From positions 1,650,001 to 1,682,000 of the forward strand of contig NZ_CP064923.1 in the NCBI RefSeq assembly GCF_018336915.1: DNA of 32,000 bases, in the 5' to 3' direction. A program made the translations under genes and the position numbers. This document shows, one piece after another, positions 1 to 7,954 of this stretch (positions are counted from its first letter, which is position 1; the number at the start of each line of letters is the position of its first letter). Source of the stretch: Acaryochloris marina S15 (GTDB lineage: Bacteria > Cyanobacteriota > Cyanobacteriia > Thermosynechococcales > Thermosynechococcaceae). Under the pieces are notes generated by a model. It searched no databases. It was not told the origin of the DNA and saw only the letters and a program-made list of their open reading frames with translations.

Positions 1-532
1 TAATTTGCTTAACACCTCCAAAGTCAATCAGAATCGGTAACCCATCCCTTTGCCGTTGGATCAGATTATCGGGAGAGATGTCACGATGGATTAACCCCTG
101 GCGGTGAATGTAGTCGAGCACCGGCAAAAGTTGAGTTAAAAACAGATAGATTTCGGACTCGGTGTAGGTTTGCCCTTGTTTGACTCGTTCTCGCAGCAAA
201 GCCTGATAGGTGTCCCCTTCAACATAGTCTTGGACCAGGCAGAGAGACCGATCCTGCGGTCCCATAAACCATTCTCGGAATTGAGGAATTTGGGGATGAT
301 CCAGCTTATAGAGAACCGCTGCTTCCCGCACAAATAGCTCTTTTGCCTTTGTTAGCAGGATTTCACTACTTTCACTGGCTGGGGCAAATTCTTTGAGGAC
401 ACATCGCTCATTGAATCGATGAATATCCTCGACCAAATAGGTACAGCCAAACCCACCCTGGCCAAGTTCCCGCACGATTCGGTAGCGGTTGGCAATGGTT
501 GTAGCTGGGGGATGATACTGCTGCGTTGGCAT
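1..532 (-). CDS. Ser/Thr protein kinase, N-terminal catalytic domain (partial; 3' end lies outside the window)
   Basis: Not in the ORF track because it has no stop inside the window. The minus-strand frame opens at ATG (532..530) and stays open to base 2, 177 codons translated by hand. Sequence begins MPTQQYHPPATTIANRYRIVRELGQGGFGCTYLVED. Motifs: Gly-rich loop GQGGFG, VLKEF (catalytic Lys), LIHRDISPDNLI (HRD loop), ILIDFGGVKQI (DFG). Confidence 0.85.
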   Translation of the reverse strand, partial: MPTQQYHPPATTIANRYRIVRELGQGGFGCTYLVEDIHRFNERCVLKEFAPASESSEILLTKAKELFVREAAVLYKLDHPQIPQFREWFMGPQDRSLCLVQDYVEGDTYQALLRERVKQGQTYTESEIYLFLTQLLPVLDYIHRQGLIHRDISPDNLIQRQRDGLPILIDFGGVKQI

Positions 533-904
533 TCAGATGCACTCCACATCGGCAGATTGAAACAGAGCAGGGTAAGGAACGGGGAAGCGCAATTTTTAGG
601 GTGAGATTGAGGGCCAAGTTAAGTTATTGGCATCTTAGCAAACCCATCATTAGGAATTTTGGAGGTTATGACGCTTCTCGATTCTTTACAAAGGCTAACA
701 AACCTATTTGCAAGTGGGTGTCATTTCAATCACTGCCTCTCCGGTGGCTCTATCACAGTCTCCGTAATCAACATAGACGTTTCTGAATGCCCTCTAGGTT
801 CCCGATTTCGTCTCTTTTGGGTCCTAGGATTAGGAATAAAGGTGTCAATTTGACATCCCTCGTATACCATGTAGCCAACAGAAAGCGGTTTGTGAACAGG
901 GTTT

Positions 905-2590
905 ATGGTTCGAGAGCAACGCAAACAGGCTACCAATGTGATTGGCACGGTCAAAGGACCTGGAGAAAGTGGAAACCAGTATGTGTTTATCACCGCCGAT
1001 ACCCAACACATCAAAATTGGCGAATTTGTGTCCTATCGCCTCACCCAAACCGACAATGTTCCCGTCGAAATTTTAGGTAAGATTTCAGCCTGCACCCTCG
1101 TGGATCATCTCCCGGATCGCATTTTTGCAGATACAGAAATTGACCCCAGTGCCATTGCTGCTCTGATCGGCTTTAAGTACTCCAGTCCCGAAATCTATGA
1201 AGTGGCTGTGGATGTGATCGGCTACTTCCATCCCAATCTTGGGTTTATGAATCCGCGCCAGCCCCCCGAACCAGGGGCCAAAGTGTATCGCGCTGATGAT
1301 CCTACCCTGCGGCGGATTCTGAATAAGCGCCAAGTCGGAGAGGTGGGCTCAGCCACGATTGGATCCTTACTGCTGCGGGATCTAGATGCCGTTCCCATTA
1401 GCCTAGATGTCAAAGCACTCGTCAGTACCCATATGGCGATTTTGGCGGGCACAGGCTCCGGCAAATCCTATACCGCTGGCGTCCTGATTGAAGAACTCCT
1501 CCGTCCTCATAATCGCGCAGCCGTCCTAATTTTTGACCCCCACGGCGAATATGGCACCCTAGAAGCCATGCGCGGCCATCCCGCTTTTAGCAGTGACGAT
1601 GGCTATGCTCCCCAGGTGCAAATCCTAACGCCAGAGCAGATCACCATTCGAATTTCGTCCCTCAGCTATGCCGATATCAAAATGCTGTTGCCGGAAATGA
1701 GTGAGCGCCAGCAGGCCATCCTCAATAAAGGCTTTAACAATCTTCAAGCTAGGAAACGTAAAAATGCCCGCTGGGATATCAATGATTTGATTTACGAGGT
1801 TAATGAAGCTGACGTTGTTCAAGATAAAAGCGGTAATGATCAGCCGGGTTCCTCTGCCCAAGCCCTGGAATGGAAACTAGAAAAACTCGCTAACTCCCCC
1901 TACTTCCATGCCTTTGAACACCTCACCCCTCAAGATTTATTTGAGCCGGGGCAAGTGACCGTTCTGCAAATGAACGAAATTAGTCAAGAAGAACAGCAGG
2001 TCATTTGTGCCGCCATTCTCCGCCAAGCCAACCAGGCTCGCATGAACACCCTCAAAGAAAAAATCACAGCCGAAGACGAAAATTATCTGCCCTATCCTGT
2101 CTTTATTCTCCTGGAAGAGGCTCACCGCTTTGCCCCTGCCCATGAGCCTTCCCGCTGCAAAGCGGTGATTCGTACCATCCTCAGTGAAGGCCGCAAATTT
2201 GGTTTAGGGGTAGGGCTGATTACCCAGCGCCCTGGCAAGCTGGACTCAGATGTGTTGTCGCAATGTATGAGCCAGTTCATCATGCGTATCGTCAATCCAG
2301 TGGATCAAGATAGCCTCAAATACGGCGTAGAAGCAGCTGGCCGAGATTTGTTGAAAGAACTACCCGCTCTGACCAAAGGCCAGGTGATTATTTCAGGGAT
2401 GTGTGTCAATACCCCGGTCTTGTGCCAAGTGCGCCAACGCTTAACGGCCCATGGTGGAGAAACCCTAGATGCCCCCTCCCTATGGCAAGCCCATTTCCAA
2501 TCCCATCGTTTGCGGGAGCGGGCTGCCGCAAGTGCGCCCTTAGCGGGGCGTCGACAAGCGGCAACCGTGCGCGGGGTATCGATTGACTAG
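905..2590 (+). CDS. HerA/FtsK-superfamily ATPase (DUF87-type, HerA-like)
   Basis: 561-aa ORF with ATG start. Walker A is ILAGTGSGKSY and Walker B region is VFILLEEAHRF, followed by GLITQRPGKLD. The N-terminal ~150 aa beta-rich segment precedes the ATPase core, as in HerA-type proteins. Confidence 0.8.
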   Translation: MVREQRKQATNVIGTVKGPGESGNQYVFITADTQHIKIGEFVSYRLTQTDNVPVEILGKISACTLVDHLPDRIFADTEIDPSAIAALIGFKYSSPEIYEVAVDVIGYFHPNLGFMNPRQPPEPGAKVYRADDPTLRRILNKRQVGEVGSATIGSLLLRDLDAVPISLDVKALVSTHMAILAGTGSGKSYTAGVLIEELLRPHNRAAVLIFDPHGEYGTLEAMRGHPAFSSDDGYAPQVQILTPEQITIRISSLSYADIKMLLPEMSERQQAILNKGFNNLQARKRKNARWDINDLIYEVNEADVVQDKSGNDQPGSSAQALEWKLEKLANSPYFHAFEHLTPQDLFEPGQVTVLQMNEISQEEQQVICAAILRQANQARMNTLKEKITAEDENYLPYPVFILLEEAHRFAPAHEPSRCKAVIRTILSEGRKFGLGVGLITQRPGKLDSDVLSQCMSQFIMRIVNPVDQDSLKYGVEAAGRDLLKELPALTKGQVIISGMCVNTPVLCQVRQRLTAHGGETLDAPSLWQAHFQSHRLRERAAASAPLAGRRQAATVRGVSID

Positions 2591-2690
2591 GATTCTCTAG
2601 GATAATTTCCAGAAATTCAGTACCTTTGTTTAGACCTCAAAGCCTAGAGCTGAGCGAAGTCGAAGCCCGGTCCATTAGGATAGCAGCGTC

Positions 2691-3368
2691 CTACTTGGCT
2701 TTGGCGCGCAAATTCTTGATCTTGACCTGCTTCCACCAGTCTTGTAGCTCTTTGGGCTCAATGTTGCGCCCATCAACTTCCACCATAAATCGCTTATCGA
2801 CGAGGAGGCTGAGCTTCCCTTTCTTAGACGCATTGGTATATTCTTCTCGTCCAAAGGCATCACCAATTTTTAAGCCTTTACTATAGCCTTCGGTGGATTC
2901 TTGGCTGAATCGAGCGCTGATCACAAATGGGGCATAGAGTTGCCGATGGTGGGCCCAGTCAAAGAGTTGCACCTTAATGGTCTTATCGTCTTGTTTATAA
3001 GAACGACTGGCTTGGCTGATGGCAAACTCTCCAAAGTTCGTAGATTCGCCCTTGGCCTCTGCAGCTTCCCAACCCGATGGCTGGTCTGGCAAACCTGTGA
3101 TCAAGTCTTTATAACTGAGGGGATCGACGGGTTTGAGGTTCTTTAGTTCAGATTCGATATCTTTTAGATCTTTCTCTAATTTAGAGATTTGATCAATTCC
3201 CTTCAGTGGATTCTGATCAATATCTACACCCTCTACCACCTCCTGTAAGTCAGGGACTCCACCACAGGCAGACAGAAATAAGACCGAGAGAGATAACAGA
3301 AAGGTGATTCTCAGGCACACTCTCTTCGAAAATTCTTCATAAAAAATTTGATCAGGATTATCGCTCAT
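2691..3368 (-). CDS. Lipoprotein of unknown function
   Basis: 225-aa ORF. Signal peptide with lipobox (LSVLFLSAC|GG). Charged coiled-coil-like stretch KLEKDLKDIESELKNLK. No catalytic motif recognised. Confidence 0.6.
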   Translation of the reverse strand: MSDNPDQIFYEEFSKRVCLRITFLLSLSVLFLSACGGVPDLQEVVEGVDIDQNPLKGIDQISKLEKDLKDIESELKNLKPVDPLSYKDLITGLPDQPSGWEAAEAKGESTNFGEFAISQASRSYKQDDKTIKVQLFDWAHHRQLYAPFVISARFSQESTEGYSKGLKIGDAFGREEYTNASKKGKLSLLVDKRFMVEVDGRNIEPKELQDWWKQVKIKNLRAKAK

Positions 3369-3472
3369 TAATCTCGCAGCCCATCATTCAAGCAAGGATT
3401 AGAATCAGCAACATTGACACATCTGATCAGCAAATTGGCGTGAACTCAATCAAAATGCAACTTGGCACTGTT

Positions 3473-4018
3473 CTAATTACAGGATGCCCTGGGTGCCGAT
3501 AAATCTATCGCAGCGTAGGTCTGGCTTAATGCTTCTATATCAGTCTTCTCATAGCTTTCAAACGGCTGATGGATCCAAGGATTCTCTGGTAAATAATCCA
3601 CATAAAAGTGAGGCTTGATTCTAGAGCAAGCTTTGTACCACAACACAGCCGTTTGCAGGTCTTCAATTCCAGAGCCATACCGCTGTTGGAGCCAAATTAA
3701 AGTTTGTTCAAGGGTGATACCGGAATCTACTAAGTCATCAACGAGCAAAATTCGGTTGCCCAAGTTTTCTGTCGTCATTGTGATCTCTTGGCCGACGGTA
3801 AGTTGATGACGATCTTGCCCCTGGGCTCCACCATAGGAAGCGGTGGCTAATATGGCTAAAGGCTGTTGATAAATGCGAGAGAGCAGATCTCCCACCCGTA
3901 AACCGCCCCGTGCCAAACAGATAATTTGATTAAATGACCAGCCTGAACGATAAATCTGGGCTGCCAGTTGTTCAATTTGCTGATGATACTCTGACCAAGA
4001 AACGTAGAGATCTGCCAT
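3473..4018 (-). CDS. Purine phosphoribosyltransferase, Gpt-like (xanthine/guanine PRTase family)
   Basis: 181-aa ORF. PRPP-binding loop ILLVDDLVDSGITL and LARGGL motif. Colinear with the E. coli Gpt layout (VSW...RGGL...VDDLVD(S/T)G...W(I)xQP(F/W)). Confidence 0.8.
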   Translation of the reverse strand: MADLYVSWSEYHQQIEQLAAQIYRSGWSFNQIICLARGGLRVGDLLSRIYQQPLAILATASYGGAQGQDRHQLTVGQEITMTTENLGNRILLVDDLVDSGITLEQTLIWLQQRYGSGIEDLQTAVLWYKACSRIKPHFYVDYLPENPWIHQPFESYEKTDIEALSQTYAAIDLSAPRASCN

Positions 4019-4190
4019 TCTTGTTCGTTCTATCCACTCAATTTGTTCATGCTACCCCCGTTCACTAGAATTTCGAAGATGACACGGGAAAGACTCAATG
4101 TGGTTTATCCCACCATTGGAGTTGTCAGACAGTGACAATTTTCATTAGGCTAATGGTGTCTGATCTGTTTTTGAGGGAACACAACCTGTT

Positions 4191-4574
4191 ATGAATCCTG
4201 ATATGGTGACCGAATTTCTGAAAAAAGGATTTCATGTAACCCTGGGAGCTACAACTTCAGTGGTGGAATCTCTTCAAGACTCCCAAAAGCGTGAGGAAAA
4301 TATTTCTCAGCTCAATCTTGGCATTGATCAACTGTCTCAGATTTGGGCGGATAAAGGAGAAATTACTGAGTCAGAAGCTCGCAAAATGATTGATGGCGTG
4401 GCCACTCAATATGGAGTGAACGCTAATCCTATGTCTTCTGGCAGTTCCACCTCTCCTTCGGCAACTTCCCCTTCCATTGATCCGTCTCTCCAACAAGAAC
4501 TCAAAACCCTGACCAACCAGTTAGCCAACATTCGTTTGGAATTAACGCAAATGGATAACCAAAACGATACCTGA
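4191..4574 (+). CDS. Hypothetical protein (helical N-terminus, Ser/Pro-rich middle, coiled-coil C-terminus)
   Basis: 127-aa ORF with ATG start in a clean intergenic context. No family motif recognised. Confidence 0.5.
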   Translation: MNPDMVTEFLKKGFHVTLGATTSVVESLQDSQKREENISQLNLGIDQLSQIWADKGEITESEARKMIDGVATQYGVNANPMSSGSSTSPSATSPSIDPSLQQELKTLTNQLANIRLELTQMDNQNDT

Positions 4575-4645
4575 CAATAGTAGGGCTATCCCTGTATTGC
4601 TCGTAGTTAATTTGGTGATCTCTGCTTCTGCACCTAACTGGGTAG

Positions 4646-5248
4646 ATGGTACTTTGGAGGGCCAAACAAATGCCACCGTTCACTTCTAATCAGGCCGTTG
4701 CCTGGGGGGCCAATTTAGCTACGACTGTATTGTTGGGGAGCCTTGTTCAGGCTTCAGCTCAAGCCATTGAACTCGCCGATGGAACAACGTATTTTGCCAA
4801 TGTTCCTCGCCTAGAAAATGCTCGGACAACCTACAACAGTGCTCGTGTCTTTGGGGCAACGTATTACTTTACCTTGCATGTTCCAGACGATGCCGGCGAA
4901 CCGCTTCAGCGCGTGATGTTTAACCAGCAACAAGGGGTAGATCCGATATCCTTTAATCTCAAACGCACGCAAGCCTATATGAATCAGCAGAAGAAACAAC
5001 TTCTGCCCATCGCTGAAGCTTCCACAGATGAGAAGGGCTCAATTTCAATATTTTTCGACCCACCTATCTCTCCAGGAGAGACCATCACCATTGGTTTGCG
5101 TCCCTATCGGAATCCCCGCTCAAGTGGTGTTTATCTGTTTGGGGTCACAGCATTTCCTCAAGGAGAACAAGCTCATGGCCAATTCTTAGGCTATGGTCGC
5201 CTACATTTCTATGATCACTTCCGGTGGCCCTCCTATTGGGGGCATTAA
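4646..5248 (+). CDS. Secreted conserved cyanobacterial protein (resembles DUF2808 family)
   Basis: 200-aa ORF. N-terminal hydrophobic signal-like segment ending ASAQA. The YYFTLHVPDDAGEPLQRV block recalls DUF2808. An alternative ATG at 4670 is preceded by GGAGGG. Followed by a strong terminator hairpin. Confidence 0.6.
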   Translation: MVLWRAKQMPPFTSNQAVAWGANLATTVLLGSLVQASAQAIELADGTTYFANVPRLENARTTYNSARVFGATYYFTLHVPDDAGEPLQRVMFNQQQGVDPISFNLKRTQAYMNQQKKQLLPIAEASTDEKGSISIFFDPPISPGETITIGLRPYRNPRSSGVYLFGVTAFPQGEQAHGQFLGYGRLHFYDHFRWPSYWGH

Positions 5249-5299
5249 GGGATCCAACGGCTAGCACCATAGAGGTAACGGTGACTTTAAAACATATAA

Positions 5300-5327
5300 C
5301 CCCCGCTGAAGGGCGGGGGTTTGTTTG
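5300..5327 (+). terminator. Rho-independent terminator downstream of the 4646..5248 gene
   Basis: GC stem CCCCCGC (5300..5306) pairs with GCGGGGG (5313..5319). Loop is 6 nt, followed by TTTGTTTG. Confidence 0.65.
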
Positions 5328-5408
5328 TCTATATAAATTCTGTATATGAATCTATATTAAGCAAAAATTTTAGAGATGGCTGTAGCTTACGCAACAAGTT
5401 TAATAAAA

Positions 5409-5444
5409 ATTTTTAATTTAATTTTTGAGAATTAAATTAAAAAT
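5409..5444. repeat. Perfect 15-bp inverted repeat made only of A/T (ATTTTTAATTTAATT / AATTAAATTAAAAAT), 6-nt spacer
   Basis: Left arm 5409..5423 is the exact reverse complement of right arm 5430..5444. It sits inside an AT-rich island, about 22% G+C by hand count over 5341..5460. Confidence 0.9.
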
Positions 5445-5594
5445 CCAAGAAAACCCTTAAATAAGCTACTCCAGAGAGTGTAGCCATGCAGCTCACCCAT
5501 TATCTTCTTTCTTGGGAGTAGTGTAAGCATGAATTTACCCCGAATTGCTGTTGATCCATTGAGGGATTGTGATGTTGGTCTTGGGGAGATTAAG

Positions 5595-5631
5595 GCAAGA
5601 GCCAGTACAGAAGTTTTGTACTGGCTCTTGC
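5595..5631 (-). terminator. Candidate terminator hairpin downstream of dps
   Basis: 14-bp perfect stem: GCAAGAGCCAGTAC (5595..5608) pairs with GTACTGGCTCTTGC (5618..5631). Loop is 9 nt. It lies 38 nt after the dps stop on the minus strand. There is no clear U-tract. Confidence 0.45.
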
Positions 5632-5668
5632 TCGGTTATTGATACACAACAATTTTCAGGAGATACCC

Positions 5669-6145
5669 CTAGTTCAATAAACTCCGTAGCATCCAGGCTG
5701 TTTTTTCATGAATCTGCATCCGCTGAGTGAGCAGATCCGCTGTGGGTTCATCATTTGCGGCATCTGCTAGGGGAAATACAGAGCGAGCGGTGCGAACGAC
5801 AGCCTCTTGGCCTGCGACGAGTTCTTTGATCATGTCTTCAGCAGCAGGAACCCCTTCTGCTTCGTCAATAGAGGTCAGTTGACTATATTCTTTGTAGGTG
5901 CCTGGAGCTGGGAATCCCAAGGTTCTAATGCGCTCAGCAACCGCGTCTACAGCTAGTGAGAGTTCGTTATATTGGGCTTCAAACATTAAGTGGAGGGTTT
6001 GGAACATAGGTCCCGTAACATTCCAATGGAAATTATGAGTTTTGAGATAAAGGGTGTAAGTATCGGCGAGGAGACGGGATAATCCCTCAGCAATTTGTTG
6101 ACGATCTTTTTCTGAAATACCGATATTGATAGGAGGTGCTTGCAT
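5669..6145 (-). CDS. dps: Dps family DNA-protection / ferritin-like protein
   Basis: 158-aa ORF. Ferroxidase-centre signature [23 protein letters not shown]...DAVAERI. Size and layout are typical of Dps. Confidence 0.9.
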   Translation of the reverse strand: MQAPPINIGISEKDRQQIAEGLSRLLADTYTLYLKTHNFHWNVTGPMFQTLHLMFEAQYNELSLAVDAVAERIRTLGFPAPGTYKEYSQLTSIDEAEGVPAAEDMIKELVAGQEAVVRTARSVFPLADAANDEPTADLLTQRMQIHEKTAWMLRSLLN

Positions 6146-6215
6146 GGTGATTACCTCAAAAAAACACTACGGGATGAACATCTAAAAATACTTGAATATA
6201 GGGTGCACGGGCGAG

Positions 6216-6479
6216 TTAGGCTAAATGTCGCTGTAGTACTGAACGTGGGGCACGGCGAACACAACAACGAATGGTCTGATATCCCAACCGTGTACAGGCT
6301 TCAAAACGATGACATCCTGAGAACCCATAATACTGGCCTTCAACTTCTAGAACTTCAATCGGATTTTGTAGGCCAATCTCAGCAATGGAGACCATTAAAG
6401 CTTCCACGCGCTTCGGATCATTTTGCCGGTAGAGAGGCCGACGAATCGATTGTATGGGGATGTCTAGGATGCGAGCCAT
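6216..6479 (-). CDS. srxA: Sulfiredoxin (ParB/Srx fold)
   Basis: Srx signature FSGCHRFEA (F-[GS]-G-C-H-R). I place the start at ATG 6479 (MARILDIPIQSIRRPL...). The ORF-track start at 6539 is a TTG, and a near-consensus promoter lies inside that extension. Confidence 0.75.
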   Translation of the reverse strand: MARILDIPIQSIRRPLYRQNDPKRVEALMVSIAEIGLQNPIEVLEVEGQYYGFSGCHRFEACTRLGYQTIRCCVRRAPRSVLQRHLA

Positions 6480-6490
6480 AGGTGAGTGCA

Positions 6491-6505
6491 ATTTAATGAT
6501 TAAAT
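6491..6505. promoter_or_regulatory. Fur-family-type 7-1-7 inverted repeat ATTTAATgATTAAAT (candidate PerR/Fur operator)
   Basis: Perfect 7-1-7 palindrome containing the TAATnATTA core shared by Fur/PerR/Zur boxes. It overlaps the predicted -10 and the transcription start of srxA. Confidence 0.45.
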
Positions 6506-6532
6506 CATAGTCGTTATGACTTCGCTTTGCAA
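6504..6532 (-). promoter_or_regulatory. Sigma70-type promoter for srxA (and possibly dps)
   Basis: Minus strand reads TTGCAA (6532..6527), a 17-nt spacer, then TATGAT (6509..6504). The -10 ends 24 nt upstream of ATG 6479. Confidence 0.45.
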
Positions 6533-6603
6533 TAGGCAATTCATCTTACCTCTCAGCATCTCTCAAATGATGAGTGAGGGCTAATTTATGAACTGCCCAT
6601 GGC

Positions 6604-7731
6604 CTATTGTTCTGTTAAGAAGCTATCTATGTCAGGAACATCCACCCAAGCTGCTTGCTGGTGAGATTGGTGAGCCAAGTCCATCAGTAGTTGTGAATAA
6701 ACCCCTTCTTTGAGAGAGGGGGCTGCTGCTTGTCCTTGTTGAATCATTTGTACCCAATGCTCAACTACTCTCATGGTTGGGGCAATTCGGCCATCAGGAT
6801 AGGTTTGCTGAAATTGCAGCCAATCAGAGATGGGGATGTCTTGTAACTCAGCACCAGACTGACTTCCTTTTAATTCAAAGCCATGGACATAGTCCTTGGG
6901 ATTATTGCTGCCCAGCACTAGGGTGCCTCGATCTCCATAAACTTCTACCCAATGCCCACGACCTGCATAGGTCGTGGCACTGATATTAATTTGGCAAGTA
7001 CTGCCATCTTGTAGCTCTAGCATCAACACACAGGTGTCATCGGCATCCACGGTTTTGGCCGTGCCCCTATCAGGATCGGGACGGGTCGGAATTGTGGTGA
7101 TCAGTCGGGCGCAGAGCCGCTTCACTGGACCAAAAAGCCAGGCAACATAGTCGAAGGTGTGAGAGGCTAATGCGCCCAGGGAGCCACCCCCTAGTTTTTT
7201 GCTAGCATGCCAACTCCAGGGGCGAGTTGGATCGGCTCGTCCAGGGACCAGCCAGTCAATTTTGATCAGTCGTGTTTGACCGACATAGTTTTGGGTGAGT
7301 AAGGTTTTGAGCTGCATCCAGGCTGGCACAAATCGGAACTCAAAGTTGAGGGTTGCCTGCAAGCCTTGCTTTTGCATCAGGTGATAAAGTTTTCGAGCTT
7401 CCCCTGCATTCAGGGTTGTCGGTTTTTCCAGGAATAAATGTTTCCCTGCATTGAGAACCATTTCGGCCATCTCATAGTGCTGAAACGGTGGTGTTGAGAT
7501 GCTAACGCCCTGGATATCGGGCCTGCCCACGATCTCAGATAGGTTATTGGAGGCGAAGGGGATGTTGTTTGTGGATGAGATCGCAGATGCTTTATCCGCA
7601 TCTCGGTTGTAGACCGCCAAGAGTTGGGTTCCAGGAAAATCTCGAAAAGCGGGAATATGAACTTTTTGACCAAATCCAGTGCCGACAACGGCGACACCGA
7701 TTGCAGATGGAGAAGAGTGTTCAACTGGCAT
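6604..7731 (-). CDS. Gfo/Idh/MocA family NAD(P)-dependent oxidoreductase
   Basis: 375-aa ORF. N-terminal Rossmann motif IGVAVVGTGFGQKVHIPAF and the family EKP motif (LFLEKPTTL). Confidence 0.85.
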   Translation of the reverse strand: MPVEHSSPSAIGVAVVGTGFGQKVHIPAFRDFPGTQLLAVYNRDADKASAISSTNNIPFASNNLSEIVGRPDIQGVSISTPPFQHYEMAEMVLNAGKHLFLEKPTTLNAGEARKLYHLMQKQGLQATLNFEFRFVPAWMQLKTLLTQNYVGQTRLIKIDWLVPGRADPTRPWSWHASKKLGGGSLGALASHTFDYVAWLFGPVKRLCARLITTIPTRPDPDRGTAKTVDADDTCVLMLELQDGSTCQINISATTYAGRGHWVEVYGDRGTLVLGSNNPKDYVHGFELKGSQSGAELQDIPISDWLQFQQTYPDGRIAPTMRVVEHWVQMIQQGQAAAPSLKEGVYSQLLMDLAHQSHQQAAWVDVPDIDSFLTEQ

Positions 7732-7954
7732 AGATTTAATAGGTGCAATGAACGAATTGGCACAATCCGTATCATACCGACCGCCAGGAAATAGCTGAAT
7801 GCATTAAATCGATTTCGCCAGATTCTTTAGGATTTATCCCTGATTCTGCCTCTGGAGCCACGTAAATTGATTAGACTGTATGTGCGAATTAAATGGTTCA
7901 ATTTGATGACATTGCCTAACCGTTTGATTTTGCTTATCTCTGTCCTCCTCACCC

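Noticed and set aside
668-853. 61-aa ORF (MTLLDSLQRLTNLFASGCHFNHC...) upstream of HerA, as a possible missing partner. GGAGG sits just before its ATG.
   Set aside because: The SD ends only 2 nt from the ATG. The ORF is rich in codons that look rare in the confident genes here (CTA x4, ATA x2, AGG, GGA). No motif is present. It is probably non-coding promoter DNA.
843-855. Palindrome TGTCAAtTTGACA carrying TTGACA on both strands between the divergent kinase and HerA genes.
   Set aside because: It could be back-to-back -35 boxes or an operator. I found no convincing -10 at proper spacing on either strand, so it is too speculative to call.
136-1080. Cluster of 60-97-aa ORFs on both strands in the track (136..333, 352..549, 408..617, 419..604, 526..786, 659..853, 730..1014, 787..1080, 845..1048).
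   Set aside because: They overlap each other and either the real kinase frame (2..532, minus) or the HerA start. Their sequences are Arg/Cys/Trp-rich with no motifs, so they are shadow or spurious ORFs.
905-2590. HerA-like ATPase as the core of an anti-phage defence system.
   Set aside because: No adjacent effector (Sir2, DUF4297, NurA or another nuclease) is present. There are no neighbouring defence or mobile genes, and the context is housekeeping. It is kept only as an orphan-ATPase curiosity.
5382-5469. 8-bp complementary pair GTAGCTTA / TAAGCTAC enclosing the AT-only hairpin, as evidence for a structured RNA.
   Set aside because: An 8-mer complement within ~100 nt is not improbable by chance. 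It is mentioned only as supporting detail, not called as an ncRNA.
5529-5642. 37-aa ORF (MNLPRIAVDPLRDCDVGLGEIKARASTEVLYWLLLGY) in the dps-proximal spacer.
   Set aside because: Its 3' half is simply the 14-bp terminator-like hairpin read as codons. There is no good SD and no motif.
6140-6539. 113-aa plus-strand ORF (6140..6481) antisense to sulfiredoxin, and the 20-codon TTG-initiated N-terminal extension of srx (6480..6539).
   Set aside because: The antisense ORF is the mirror of a motif-bearing gene. The extension contains the predicted promoter and operator and starts with TTG, so ATG 6479 is preferred.
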